Counted from the first letter of the stretch, positions 21,481 through 31,173 are shown. The stretch is 64,000 nucleotides of DNA from a virus (IMGVR_UViG_3300021375_000018:23119-87118); one strand, 5' to 3'. The notes: generated by a model from the sequence alone, not told the origin. Translations and numbers: made by a program.

Positions 21481-22125
21481 ATGATCAAGCTTGAACAAAT
21501 TTACTATGAAAATAAATTTAGAGCTTCAAGCTTAACTAGGTTAATTTGGAAAGATATAATAGAAGAAGAAGTTATTTATTTTCTAGGACTAATGAAAAAG
21601 TTTTATTTAAACATAACTTTAGACTCTGTTGGCTATACGTTAATTATTTTTGATTCGTTGTTGTTTAAAAGAAAGACTGTAGAAAAAAAGATTATATACA
21701 ACCACTACTTTTTTAATAATTTAATGACATCAATAACTATTGATATTACGTTTAATAATCATAATAAGTATATGATTGTTAAAGATCAAACAAGATTTTT
21801 TTACTCAGAAAGCGATAACTTTGATCCTGGTATTGTTGATTGTAGTATTGAAGTAAATTGTTCAGTACAGTCAGTTAACGAATTCAAGAAAAGTCTATTA
21901 CCATCGCTGTCAAGAGAAGTGCAATATTCAATATTAAGAAATATAAATGGTATTTCTCTTGAAAGTGAAAATAGAATATTAAACTTCGCAGAATTTGAAT
22001 ACTTTTTATTATATACAGAAATATCTCAAAAAGATTTTATTGGGTATATTAACAAAGTTGTAAAAGAAAAAAGCACTAAAAAAGACATAATTTCAATATA
22101 CAAACAGATAAAAGGGATTAAATGA
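21481..22125 (+). CDS. Hypothetical protein
   Basis: Tightly packed ORF in operon. Confidence 0.6.
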   Translation: MIKLEQIYYENKFRASSLTRLIWKDIIEEEVIYFLGLMKKFYLNITLDSVGYTLIIFDSLLFKRKTVEKKIIYNHYFFNNLMTSITIDITFNNHNKYMIVKDQTRFFYSESDNFDPGIVDCSIEVNCSVQSVNEFKKSLLPSLSREVQYSILRNINGISLESENRILNFAEFEYFLLYTEISQKDFIGYINKVVKEKSTKKDIISIYKQIKGIK

Positions 22126-23063
22126 ACTTTAATAACTTGCTAGAAAAACATAAAGAATTTACTAAAGACTACTATACAACAGACCTGCTTTTAGACAAAC
22201 AAAAAGAAGAATTGCTAAAAACTTTATGTCTTGCGCTTCATCATGAAGTATCACAAATAGTATCAGCAACTAACTTTAAAGTATTTGATAAGTCTACATA
22301 CGAGACTAATAAAAATAAAGTAATATATAACTCAGTAGACTCTTTTAGATATATTTTAGCTATATTAGGCCTTTACAACATATCATCAGATGAATTTATA
22401 GAAGCGTATAAAGAAAAAGATCTTTATCTAAAGAAAAGAAAACATTTGAAACAACAAATTGAAGGTCAACCTGTAGCAATAATTGACATTGATGATATCT
22501 TATGTGAATTTAGAGCTTACTTTAATGAATGGTTATATAAAACATATAATATAAAAATAGATAAAAACAGTACCTCATATTATTCTTCTAAAGAAGTTAA
22601 AGATTATGGAATGAGTCCAGAAGGTGTTTTTGAAAGCTTTATCCAAGAAGATCAACTTTTAAATATACCTGCGATATATGATTCCATTGAAGCAATTAAT
22701 ATATTAAAAGAAAACAATTATTACATTCAGTTGCTTACAAGTAGACCTGAAGAAAATTTAAAATGTAAATATCAAACGTACATGTGGTTAGACAATAACG
22801 GGATTAGTTTTGACAGCTTGGCTTTTGCTTCTGAGAAGTACATATGGGTTGCAAAGCAAAGTTATTATACTACAGGTGATGTAAAGTTTGCTATAGATGA
22901 TAGTCCTAAACATTCAATGGAATACGCTACACATGATATTGATGTTTTAATGCCTAATTTACCATACAATAAGAATGTATCACATGAAAACGTTAAGATA
23001 TTTGAAAGAAATGAAATGACATGTTTGATAAAAAGAATTATTAAAAAGTGTAAATCAATATAA
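22122..23063 (+). CDS. MazG-like N-terminal domain fused to HAD 5'-nucleotidase
   Basis: N-terminal LALHHEVSQIV..VDSFRY; HAD motifs IDIDDIL, LLTSRP, IDDSP. Confidence 0.75.
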   Translation: MNFNNLLEKHKEFTKDYYTTDLLLDKQKEELLKTLCLALHHEVSQIVSATNFKVFDKSTYETNKNKVIYNSVDSFRYILAILGLYNISSDEFIEAYKEKDLYLKKRKHLKQQIEGQPVAIIDIDDILCEFRAYFNEWLYKTYNIKIDKNSTSYYSSKEVKDYGMSPEGVFESFIQEDQLLNIPAIYDSIEAINILKENNYYIQLLTSRPEENLKCKYQTYMWLDNNGISFDSLAFASEKYIWVAKQSYYTTGDVKFAIDDSPKHSMEYATHDIDVLMPNLPYNKNVSHENVKIFERNEMTCLIKRIIKKCKSI

Positions 23064-23076
23064 AAAAAATTATAAT
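23048..23076 (+). promoter_or_regulatory. Phage promoter GTGTAAA-N16-TATAAT upstream of second thyX-like gene
   Basis: Exact motif and spacing. Confidence 0.75.
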
Positions 23077-23105
23077 AAAAACACAATAAACAAGGAGAAT
23101 AAAAA

Positions 23106-24080
23106 TTGCCTATTAATAATAAATTAGATCCTGTAAAATTACCAATGAAACTTAAATTCAATCAAGAAGTAAAAACAAAATTTATAAACAATCTTGATTC
23201 TTTAAATATAGAGTTAATTGAAGGTCCAACTAGACATCAAGCAATGAATATTGCATGGAATATGACTAAAGCAACTTGGGCTGATGATCCTTCATTAACA
23301 CAATTAAGTCCATTCCAACTTAAAGAAGCATCTCAAAATCTACAAGATGTATTAAACTTTAGAGCACTTCCTACTCCTATGGAATGTCTAGGCTTTACAT
23401 TTAAAATCAGCGGAATTGATACTCAAACTGTTACTCATTTAATTAGACATAGAGCAGGATCATTTGCTGCACAGTGCACAGGTGATAGAGATCTTAGATT
23501 TGACAATATTTTAGTTCCTGAATCTGTAGAAAATTCAACTTTTTATAATAGATTTCAAAAAATTGCTAACGATGCAAAAAAACTATACGCAGACATGACA
23601 GATAGTAAGTGTATCTCAATGATGGACGCTCGAGTAATTCTTCCTAAATGCACAGAAACATTTTACATTGCTAGATTCAATCTTAAAGATTTGATTGGGT
23701 TTATCAAACAACGTCAAGATGTTCAAATTCAACCTGAGGTTGATAACATAATTGCAACAAGAATTGCGAGATTAGTTGTTGATAGAATTCCTGAAGTTTC
23801 TACATGTTTAGACTTTGAAAAACCTGATATGCACTATGTTCGAACATTTAGAGTTGAAATGCCTAATGGCGAGTATACTTCAAGAGGCACTAACTTGTAC
23901 CAACCAGAACCTAAAAATGATTTATTTGAATATAACGTGAATGATTCTATTTATCAATGTAGAAGAGAAGAGCTCAACGGAGATGTTCCTACAGATAACT
24001 CTAAAAACTTTACAATTATGTGGAACAAAGACGTACAATATATTAGTAATATTAAGAAACAATTTGAGGTGACCCTATGA
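23106..24080 (+). CDS. ThyX-like flavoprotein, non-canonical active site
   Basis: FTFKISGI..THLIRHRAGSFAAQCTGDR, DARVILP, FIKQR; TTG start with AGGAG RBS. Confidence 0.85.
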   Translation: MPINNKLDPVKLPMKLKFNQEVKTKFINNLDSLNIELIEGPTRHQAMNIAWNMTKATWADDPSLTQLSPFQLKEASQNLQDVLNFRALPTPMECLGFTFKISGIDTQTVTHLIRHRAGSFAAQCTGDRDLRFDNILVPESVENSTFYNRFQKIANDAKKLYADMTDSKCISMMDARVILPKCTETFYIARFNLKDLIGFIKQRQDVQIQPEVDNIIATRIARLVVDRIPEVSTCLDFEKPDMHYVRTFRVEMPNGEYTSRGTNLYQPEPKNDLFEYNVNDSIYQCRREELNGDVPTDNSKNFTIMWNKDVQYISNIKKQFEVTL

Positions 24081-24523
24081 AAATTTATTTAGCAAGTGGA
24101 TGGTTTAATCCAGCGCAAGCAGAAGAATTAACACAATTAGAAAGAATATTTGACGAAAGAGAATCTTTCTTTGATTTAGCGTCACCTAGAAGAATATTTG
24201 TATGTCCTCCAAATGCACCACAATCAGTTCAAGATGACACTTTCAAAGGAAATCTTCATCATATTGAAACAGCTGATTTTGTCCTAGTAAACACTAGAGA
24301 CAAAGATATTGGTACAATTTGGGAAGCTGGTTACGCATACGCTCATAAAAAACCAATCATATATTTTTGTGCTGGCTTACCTGACGGCGCTAAATTTAAT
24401 TTAATGTTAGCTAAAAGCGGAATTAAAGTTTGCACTTCTTTAGAAGAGCTTGAAGTGTATCTTGATAGAGTTATCAAAATACAAGAACTAATAAATGAGC
24501 CTTATAACAAAAGTATAGAGTAA
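24077..24523 (+). CDS. Nucleoside 2-deoxyribosyltransferase / nucleotide N-glycosidase family protein
   Basis: KIYLASGWF, ADFVL, DIGTIWEAGYAYA (catalytic Glu), NLML. Confidence 0.9.
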   Translation: MKIYLASGWFNPAQAEELTQLERIFDERESFFDLASPRRIFVCPPNAPQSVQDDTFKGNLHHIETADFVLVNTRDKDIGTIWEAGYAYAHKKPIIYFCAGLPDGAKFNLMLAKSGIKVCTSLEELEVYLDRVIKIQELINEPYNKSIE

Positions 24524-24526
24524 ATA

Positions 24527-24745
24527 ATGAGCACAAAATCAACTATATTTCACAACAATAAATTACATTTCTATAAAGATGTTTTTGATGAAGAAAGTGT
24601 ATATCTAGATCTATATGATATAGAAGAAGCGTCTATACAAATATTTACAAATTACTCGTCTAATGATAAAAAAAACAAAATTACTATTAAGATAGAAAAA
24701 AAAGACTTTCAGTCTATTATAGAAAAAATTAAATCAATAAAATAA
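24527..24745 (+). CDS. Hypothetical protein
   Basis: Small ORF within operon. Confidence 0.55.
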   Translation: MSTKSTIFHNNKLHFYKDVFDEESVYLDLYDIEEASIQIFTNYSSNDKKNKITIKIEKKDFQSIIEKIKSIK

Positions 24746-24767
24746 AAAACTAAATTGTGGAGCTAAA

Positions 24768-25751
24768 ATGAGAATAGCAATAACAGGTGAAGACGGCTTT
24801 ATAGCAAGTAACTTAATTAATAAAATAATTGATTTTGACCATTCATTTGTTTCATTAAAAAAACACGCATACTTTTTATCTTCTAGATTAAGTGATACTA
24901 ACGAACCTTGTGTTCATAGTAATACAGAGGAGAATTGGTATAGAACTTTCACTACATTAGACATAGATGTAATTGTTCACAACGCAGCTATTGTAGGAAC
25001 TGATGTTGTTGCTTTAAATGGAAAAGACTCAAACTTAACAAACATTTATGGGACGCAAGTAATTACAAATGCAGCAAATAGAGCAGGTATTTTAAATGTT
25101 TACATAGGCACATCAGTAATATACGACACTAAAATATATCAAGACAAAGAAATAACTGAAGAAAGCGTAGTATTTCCTAGAACTCTTTACGCTATTCAAA
25201 AGCATGCAGGAGAAATGATTGTTAGAAACACAGCAAAAGAGTATCTAGTAATTAGACCTTTATTTGCTTACGGTGGTGAAGGTGATATGAACTCTTTAAT
25301 TGCAAAGTCAATGTTTGCTGTAAAAAACAATATAGAAAAAGTTGACATGTTTTTAGATCCAGAAAAAATAAAAGATTATATGCATGTAATGGATTTTTGT
25401 CACGCAATTATGACTGCTGTAGATTCTAATATTAGAAATAATGATTATAACGTTTCAGCAAACAATCCCTATAAGACTTCAATAATTATTGACAAAGTAC
25501 AAAGTCATATTAATGCTGATCTTAGTAACATTTTAAAATGGCATAAAGAAACTGATTACTTAGGAAATCATAGACTTTCAAGTGATAAATTTAGAAAAGA
25601 TTTTGACTGGAAAAATCAAATATCTTTCGACGAAGGTATAGCAATATCATGGAAGTCAATACAAAATTCTAGTGATGACTATAATCCTTTAAAATACTTA
25701 GAGCAAGCTAAAGAATCAAATATAAATTTAAAAAATTTCTTTCCTAAATAA
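24768..25751 (+). CDS. NAD-dependent NDP-sugar epimerase/dehydratase (extended SDR)
   Basis: IAITGEDGFIA, VHNAA, YAIQK (YxxxK), YG, DYMHVMD. Confidence 0.9.
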   Translation: MRIAITGEDGFIASNLINKIIDFDHSFVSLKKHAYFLSSRLSDTNEPCVHSNTEENWYRTFTTLDIDVIVHNAAIVGTDVVALNGKDSNLTNIYGTQVITNAANRAGILNVYIGTSVIYDTKIYQDKEITEESVVFPRTLYAIQKHAGEMIVRNTAKEYLVIRPLFAYGGEGDMNSLIAKSMFAVKNNIEKVDMFLDPEKIKDYMHVMDFCHAIMTAVDSNIRNNDYNVSANNPYKTSIIIDKVQSHINADLSNILKWHKETDYLGNHRLSSDKFRKDFDWKNQISFDEGIAISWKSIQNSSDDYNPLKYLEQAKESNINLKNFFPK

Positions 25752-25754
25752 AAT

Positions 25755-26921
25755 TTACGTTAGCTTGCCGTCTATAATAATTATTTTGTTTTTAAAATAT
25801 TCAAACCATTTATCGACAGCGGGTTTTACGTTTTCAATTAAACTTATTAAAACTTTATTAATGTTATCTTTTTTAAATTTGTTAAATTCTTCTTCGCTTT
25901 CAAGAATCTTAGTCAAATAATCTTCTTCTAAATGTAAACTTAAAAAATAATTACTATATTCATGATTTTTTTTATTTTCAACTATGTCTTGTAATTCTTT
26001 TCTGCTTACGTGAGTATTTTCTAAAAAATTTAATGCATCTTGCTCTGACATATATATAATTTGAGAATATACAGATGCTGAATTGTCACCTGTTAGAAAT
26101 GATTCTTCCATTCCTTTTACTTTAAAAAAACAATCAATTCCCTTATCTTCATGTTCTTCTGGATTGTTATCTGGCATCTTAACTTTATAATTATTTTTAT
26201 TTTTTTTAACTTGTCTAGCCAAAGTTCCAAAAAGATGCATAAAATCGTGAGAAAATAGCCACTTTAAAAAAGATTCTTGTGTATCTTCACTTAGCTTGCT
26301 AATTTTAAATAAACCTCCAGTTGAAGTTTCAAATTCATAGCTAAAGTAACTTGCGTGAATTGAAAGAAAGCAAGGAAGATCATCATCTTTACTTCCACAC
26401 ATTATACTTTTTATTTCGTTGAAAAAAGCTTCTAAGTCTTCTGTTATTTCTTTTTTTGAAAAGTAACCTTTTTGTAGACTAAATCTTAAGTCCCCGTAAG
26501 AAGAATCTTGTACATCACCATATTCATTAGGCTTACCAAGATCATATTCTTCATATTCTTCGTTATTAGAATCTTTGTAAAACTCTATAATATCTTTTTT
26601 TATTAAATTGTAATTAAATTCACTTTTTTCAAGAATATAAATATCCTCTCCCGTTATTGCGTTTTTTTTGTATATACTGTGCTTTTCATGTACGTTAGGA
26701 AAAACATTCTCTAATCTTGTTTGATAATTGTTATCTGGGACTGGAATAGTAATTAAGTGTGCAGGATAATTTAGATTTTTTAAAACACTTTTACCAAAAT
26801 CTGATATTTCACCTTCAAAGCCTTCACCTGCTCTAAACGAATGAATGCTTCTTTCACTAATAAAATTATTTCTCCACTCAATCAATAACTCTTTAAATTC
26901 TCTTCTACTCAACTTATTCAT
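25755..26921 (-). CDS. Leader-family cargo protein (unknown body)
   Basis: N-terminus MNKLSRREFKELLIEWRNNFISE; upstream AAGGATTATAAATG. Confidence 0.8.
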   Translation of the reverse strand: MNKLSRREFKELLIEWRNNFISERSIHSFRAGEGFEGEISDFGKSVLKNLNYPAHLITIPVPDNNYQTRLENVFPNVHEKHSIYKKNAITGEDIYILEKSEFNYNLIKKDIIEFYKDSNNEEYEEYDLGKPNEYGDVQDSSYGDLRFSLQKGYFSKKEITEDLEAFFNEIKSIMCGSKDDDLPCFLSIHASYFSYEFETSTGGLFKISKLSEDTQESFLKWLFSHDFMHLFGTLARQVKKNKNNYKVKMPDNNPEEHEDKGIDCFFKVKGMEESFLTGDNSASVYSQIIYMSEQDALNFLENTHVSRKELQDIVENKKNHEYSNYFLSLHLEEDYLTKILESEEEFNKFKKDNINKVLISLIENVKPAVDKWFEYFKNKIIIIDGKLT

Positions 26922-27015
26922 TTATAATCCTTGTTTGATTTAACAATATATATATTAATCATATAACAAATTATTTTTTACTCGACATACTTACCCTATA
27001 AAGGAGGAATCTTTT

Positions 27016-27795
27016 ATGGGAAGAAAAAGTAATAAAGTATTATTAACATGTATACATTGTAAAAAAGAATATAAAATTGCGCCGTCTAAAGCAAAAAGCT
27101 CTAAATTCTGCGCAAAAGAGTGTATGGACAATTCTAGAGATGAAAAAATTACTTACAAATGCAAAGTATGTAGCAAAGAATTTAAGTCAGGAAGACCTAA
27201 AACTTATTGTTCAAGAGTATGTTATGAAAAAGATGTTAAAAAAGAAAGAGTAGATTTGAAATGTCATAGCTGTGGTAAAGACTATAAAAAGCCAAAGGGC
27301 AGAGAAACAAAATATTGCAGCAGAGATTGCACGTTTATAGCTCAAAGTAGCGGTCTCGCTGATATACCTTCAAATGGTAGAAAAGGATTTAGAAAAGACT
27401 TAAACCCTAAGTACTTCTTTAAGTCTTCTTTAGAAGCTGACTATGCTAGATACTGTGATGCAATAGGCAAAAAGTACATTTATGAACACAAGACGTTTAA
27501 AGTTTCGTACGGAAACAAAGAAAAAGTTTATACTCCTGATTTTTATCATCCAGACGAAGACAAATACGTTGAAACAAAAGCAATTAGAAGAGATAGAAAA
27601 TTCAATTCAAACTTGTTAGCTGCTGATATTTTAAAGCAACAAGGTATTAATATTGACGTTGTTTTAATGGATGAATTTTATAGACTTATAAAACAAAGTG
27701 GTCATTACTGGCTAATCGACAATATTGAAAACAAAAACTATGATGGCACTAGACATCTAATATATTTAAAAAAGAAAGTTAATAGTAGTGTTTAA
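27016..27795 (+). CDS. Free-standing Zn-finger-repeat PD-(D/E)XK endonuclease (putative homing endonuclease)
   Basis: Multiple CxxC/CSxxC repeats; FKSSLEADYAR..YE..YTPDFY..YVETKA; paralog of 38365-39288. Confidence 0.8.
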   Translation: MGRKSNKVLLTCIHCKKEYKIAPSKAKSSKFCAKECMDNSRDEKITYKCKVCSKEFKSGRPKTYCSRVCYEKDVKKERVDLKCHSCGKDYKKPKGRETKYCSRDCTFIAQSSGLADIPSNGRKGFRKDLNPKYFFKSSLEADYARYCDAIGKKYIYEHKTFKVSYGNKEKVYTPDFYHPDEDKYVETKAIRRDRKFNSNLLAADILKQQGINIDVVLMDEFYRLIKQSGHYWLIDNIENKNYDGTRHLIYLKKKVNSSV

Positions 27796-27979
27796 AGTTA
27801 ATGAATTAGTTAAAATTTATCTTGGGCCAACAAGATCTTTATGCCGTAGAAGTAAAAGTACTTACTCAATAGGCTTAGTACTTAATAAGAATGAAAGTAT
27901 AGAAGAAAGTTATGTATATGAAATATTAGTAGATAATAATAGGATTTATATGATAGATCACTATATAAAAAAGATATGA
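27788..27979 (+). CDS. Small hypothetical protein (SH3-like beta pattern)
   Basis: MFKVNELVKI..IGLVL..YEILV; overlaps upstream stop. Confidence 0.5.
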   Translation: MFKVNELVKIYLGPTRSLCRRSKSTYSIGLVLNKNESIEESYVYEILVDNNRIYMIDHYIKKI

Positions 27980-27983
27980 TTTA

Positions 27984-28100
27984 TTATGAGCCTAAGTTTC
28001 CAGCAAACAATATTTTGTTCTTTATTAATGACATTCCTTCAATAGCTTCTTTAGTCAAGTTATAGAACTCTTTAAATTCTCTTCTACACATTCTATTCAT
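27984..28100 (-). pseudogene. Short ORF starting with a degenerate leader (MNRMCRREFKEFY..., 38 aa)
   Basis: Hand translation of the reverse strand; RREFKE matches the leader family. Confidence 0.45.
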
Positions 28101-28126
28101 AAAATAAAACTTTCTTATAGCTAATA

Positions 28127-28462
28127 TTATTTTTTCTTTTTAGCTTTTGATTTTTTTACACAAGCCCAAGGTTTAGAAGGCGTTGCAGAATTAACTCTTG
28201 CCATTGCCCATTGATGTTGTGTCATTCCGGGTCTACTTCCGCTTGTATAAAATGCAGCTAATCCTTTTCTATACTCTTGATAAACTGAACCGGGAGTAAG
28301 ACCTCTACTTTCAGCTTTCTTTTTTAAAGTAGCTTTTGTTTTAGCAGAAAGACCACCCGCTGATGATTTTCTTTGTGCAGCTTTTCTTTTCTTTTTTTTT
28401 TTTTTAGCTTCATCTAGTAAAGCTTCTTTAATAAATTCTTCTAATAAAATTAAATCTTCCAT
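28127..28462 (-). CDS. Small basic protein with acidic LLEEFIKEALLDE leader
   Basis: Poly-Lys tract; conserved-looking YRKGLAAFYTSGSRPGMTQHQWAMARVNS. Confidence 0.75.
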   Translation of the reverse strand: MEDLILLEEFIKEALLDEAKKKKKKRKAAQRKSSAGGLSAKTKATLKKKAESRGLTPGSVYQEYRKGLAAFYTSGSRPGMTQHQWAMARVNSATPSKPWACVKKSKAKKKK

Positions 28463-28464
28463 TT

Positions 28465-28743
28465 TTAACTCTTTTTCGTATCATATCTAGGTGTGTTTGT
28501 CCAGCTTTTCTTTTTTCTTTCTTTTTCTTCTTGATCATCTCGAATTTTATACGAAAGTGCTCTTTTAGCTGGATCTTTACTTTTAGCAAGTTTAGTAGCT
28601 CTGTCTAATGTCTTTTTTCTTTTACCTTTAGCCTTATATTGACTTGGGTATTTATTAGACTTTTTTCTTTTCTTTTTTTTATTTTTAGCTTCATCTAGTA
28701 AAGCTTCTTTAATAAATTCTTCTAACAAAAATAAATTATTCAT
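28465..28743 (-). CDS. Small basic protein with LLEEFIKEALLDE leader
   Basis: First ~25 codons nearly identical to those of 28127-28462; bodies differ. Confidence 0.75.
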   Translation of the reverse strand: MNNLFLLEEFIKEALLDEAKNKKKKRKKSNKYPSQYKAKGKRKKTLDRATKLAKSKDPAKRALSYKIRDDQEEKERKKKSWTNTPRYDTKKS

Positions 28744-28761
28744 AATAACCTCTAAAAATAA

Positions 28762-29151
28762 TTATTTCTTTAATTTAGATTTATTTAATCTTTTTGTTTT
28801 TCTTTTTGAAGCTTCTTTTCTTTGTTTAGCATAGTCATACGCTCTTTTAAGACGAGCTTTTGTTTTTGGATCTTTTGCATTCTTATAAGCAGCTCTAACT
28901 CTTTGATGTATTAAATTTATAATTTGAGATTGTCTTACATGAGATTTTGATTTAAAAGACTTTTTTGATAAAGTTTTTCTGATGTCTGAAGCAGTTCTAA
29001 ATTTTACACTTACAGTATCTTTAGGATTTTCATCTGTATATAATCTTCTGGCGCTACCTTTTGGTTTTTTTCCAGTACCTGTTTTAGGATCACGCTTTTT
29101 CCTAACTTCGTACAATAAAACTTCTAAAATGTAGCTTTCTAGATTATTCAT
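28762..29151 (-). CDS. Small basic protein
   Basis: MNNLESYILEVLLYE leader followed by Lys/Arg-rich body (RRLYTDENPKDTV). Confidence 0.75.
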   Translation of the reverse strand: MNNLESYILEVLLYEVRKKRDPKTGTGKKPKGSARRLYTDENPKDTVSVKFRTASDIRKTLSKKSFKSKSHVRQSQIINLIHQRVRAAYKNAKDPKTKARLKRAYDYAKQRKEASKRKTKRLNKSKLKK

Positions 29152-29435
29152 TTATATTTTTTAACCTCAATAATTAGTTTTGTTCTGTTTTTATTAATTA
29201 TTCTATGCCAAGTATAACTAGGTATTTTATAGACACTGTCATTAGACATTAAAACAGGCAGCTCATTGTCCATTTGTATGTACCACTCTTCACCTTCTTT
29301 TAAAATAATGTCTCTATCTTCTTTATCTCTATGCCAAACTAATTCTTTATCATCTAAGTTTTTATTAAATGTTCTTTCTACTAAAATAAAACTATTGTTT
29401 TCTTCTATTGATTTCTCTTCAAAAGGTAAATTCAT
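29148..29435 (-). CDS. Cupin-like protein
   Basis: VWHRD..DR..W..Q..IPSYTWHRII. Confidence 0.75.
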   Translation of the reverse strand: MNLPFEEKSIEENNSFILVERTFNKNLDDKELVWHRDKEDRDIILKEGEEWYIQMDNELPVLMSNDSVYKIPSYTWHRIINKNRTKLIIEVKKYK

Positions 29436-30050
29436 CTACCACCACCCAGGAATATTTCTTCCAAAAAGTTTTGTTAGTCTACAAGACCAATATCCAGGTT
29501 TAGTTTTGTCTTTCTTTTTACTGCACTGATGTCTGTCTCCAAAAGATTTTCTTCTTTTTTTATGGGCATCACTATCACCCATTGCTGAAGGCATTGAAGA
29601 TCCAAAAGTTACTTTTTTTACTTTCCTTGACCCGTCTTTATTTTTCTTGCCTGTATAAACATACACACAAGCTTTACCGTTTCCAATTCTTTTTGCGCCT
29701 TCTTTTCCAATCTTTACTTTTTTACCTTTGTATGTAGCTTCAAATACTAAATGTTCATCTTCGTACATAGGATAGTCAATAGGAACTAAATTACCTTCAT
29801 ACATATCAAAAACACCTACATCTAATTCTGATATATACATTTTATCTATATCATGACTTAGCTCTATCAATCCCTCATTATATAAAGATCTAGTTTCACT
29901 AAACAAATTAAAATATTTTTCTGATCCTCTTCTGTAAATGTTTGTACTTATTGGTATGTTTTCATTTATATGAAATCTTAGACCTTCTGAAAGAATATTG
30001 TTTTTATCTTTAATAACTTCTATTATATACTTTTCTATTATTTTAGACAT
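29436..30050 (-). CDS. Hypothetical phage protein with basic C-terminal domain
   Basis: KKVTFG..RRKSFGDRHQC..PGYWSC; leader MSKIIEKYIIEVI..ILSE. Confidence 0.75.
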   Translation of the reverse strand: MSKIIEKYIIEVIKDKNNILSEGLRFHINENIPISTNIYRRGSEKYFNLFSETRSLYNEGLIELSHDIDKMYISELDVGVFDMYEGNLVPIDYPMYEDEHLVFEATYKGKKVKIGKEGAKRIGNGKACVYVYTGKKNKDGSRKVKKVTFGSSMPSAMGDSDAHKKRRKSFGDRHQCSKKKDKTKPGYWSCRLTKLFGRNIPGWW

Positions 30051-30071
30051 TTTTACCCTTTAATCATTTAT

Positions 30072-30100
30072 GTGTATATTATAAAAATAAATATTATAAT
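30072..30100 (+). promoter_or_regulatory. Phage promoter GTGTATA-N16-TATAAT upstream of uvsE
   Basis: One mismatch to the motif, same spacing. Confidence 0.65.
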
Positions 30101-30135
30101 AATAAAAAAACTAATTATAAAATTTATATAAAGGT

Positions 30136-31053
30136 TTGAAAATGAATAGATTTGGTTACGCATGTATTAATATGGAGCTAAGAGAACAAGGTATATTTAA
30201 TTCTAGAACAATGCGCAAAAAAACATTCTTAGAAAAAGGCATAGCTTATGCTTCTCAGCTAGTGTTACAAAACGTAAAAGATATGATGCCTATATTTGAG
30301 TGGAATAATAAAAACAATGTAAAAGTATTTAGAATCTCTTCAGAAGTTACTCCTTGGGCCTCTGAGTATAAATTAAGTGATCTACCAGACTATGAAGAAA
30401 TATGTCATCACTTAAAAGTAGCAGGTGACTATACAAAACTTACAGGTCAAAGAATATCATTTCATCCTGGTCAATTTAATTGTTTAGCTTCAGAAAAAGA
30501 TCATGTAATTAAAAATAGCATAAAAGACTTAGAAATACATGGCAAACTTTTTGACTTAATGGGTATGGATAGAAATCATAACTCTAAAATAAATATTCAC
30601 TTAGGCTCAACTTGTGGTGGTAACTTAAAACTAGCAGCTGACAATTTTAATAAAAACTTTTTACTTCTTTCAGAAGCTGTTAGGTCTAGACTAACTGTAG
30701 AGAATGATGATAAACCTGCTATGTTTAGCTCGAAGTTTTTGTATGAAAACGTTTATAGAATTTCTAAAGTCCCAATTGTTTTCGACGCTCACCACTTCGA
30801 GATCGGGCCACAAGATGTTAATTATGAAGAAAGCTTTCAAATGGCTTACGATTCTTGGCCAAATGGTATACGTCCTACTTGTCATCACTCTAATGGCAAA
30901 AAAGAGTATGAGGACAGTTCAATTCGTTCAAAAGCAGCACATTCTAATTATTACTATAAACCTTTTAACAGTTGCGGAAAGTCAGTAGATGTTATGTTAG
31001 AAGCTAAAGCTAAAGAAAAAGCGCTTAAAAAGTATTTACATGACTTTGGTTAA
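30136..31053 (+). CDS. uvsE: UV damage endonuclease
   Basis: FGYACIN, FRISS, SFHPGQF, NIHLG, RLTVENDD, VFDAHH, MLEAKAKE. Confidence 0.95.
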   Translation: MKMNRFGYACINMELREQGIFNSRTMRKKTFLEKGIAYASQLVLQNVKDMMPIFEWNNKNNVKVFRISSEVTPWASEYKLSDLPDYEEICHHLKVAGDYTKLTGQRISFHPGQFNCLASEKDHVIKNSIKDLEIHGKLFDLMGMDRNHNSKINIHLGSTCGGNLKLAADNFNKNFLLLSEAVRSRLTVENDDKPAMFSSKFLYENVYRISKVPIVFDAHHFEIGPQDVNYEESFQMAYDSWPNGIRPTCHHSNGKKEYEDSSIRSKAAHSNYYYKPFNSCGKSVDVMLEAKAKEKALKKYLHDFG

Positions 31054-31056
31054 TAT

Positions 31057-31173
31057 GTGTAAATTAAATATTAATTAATTATAATAAATAAAACAAGAAA
31101 GGTATATAATTTGTCTATTGAGTTAATAACACCACCAAATAGATTCGTATCTCTTCACTCACACTCAACATTT
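31057..31173 (+). repeat. Repeat copy 1: promoter + RBS + dnaE 5' stub (MSIELITPPNRFVSLHSHSTF)
   Basis: GTGTAAA-N16-TATAAT, AAAGGT, TTG at 31111; near-identical to 36328-36445; peptide matches the PHP HxH motif of DnaE. Confidence 0.9.
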
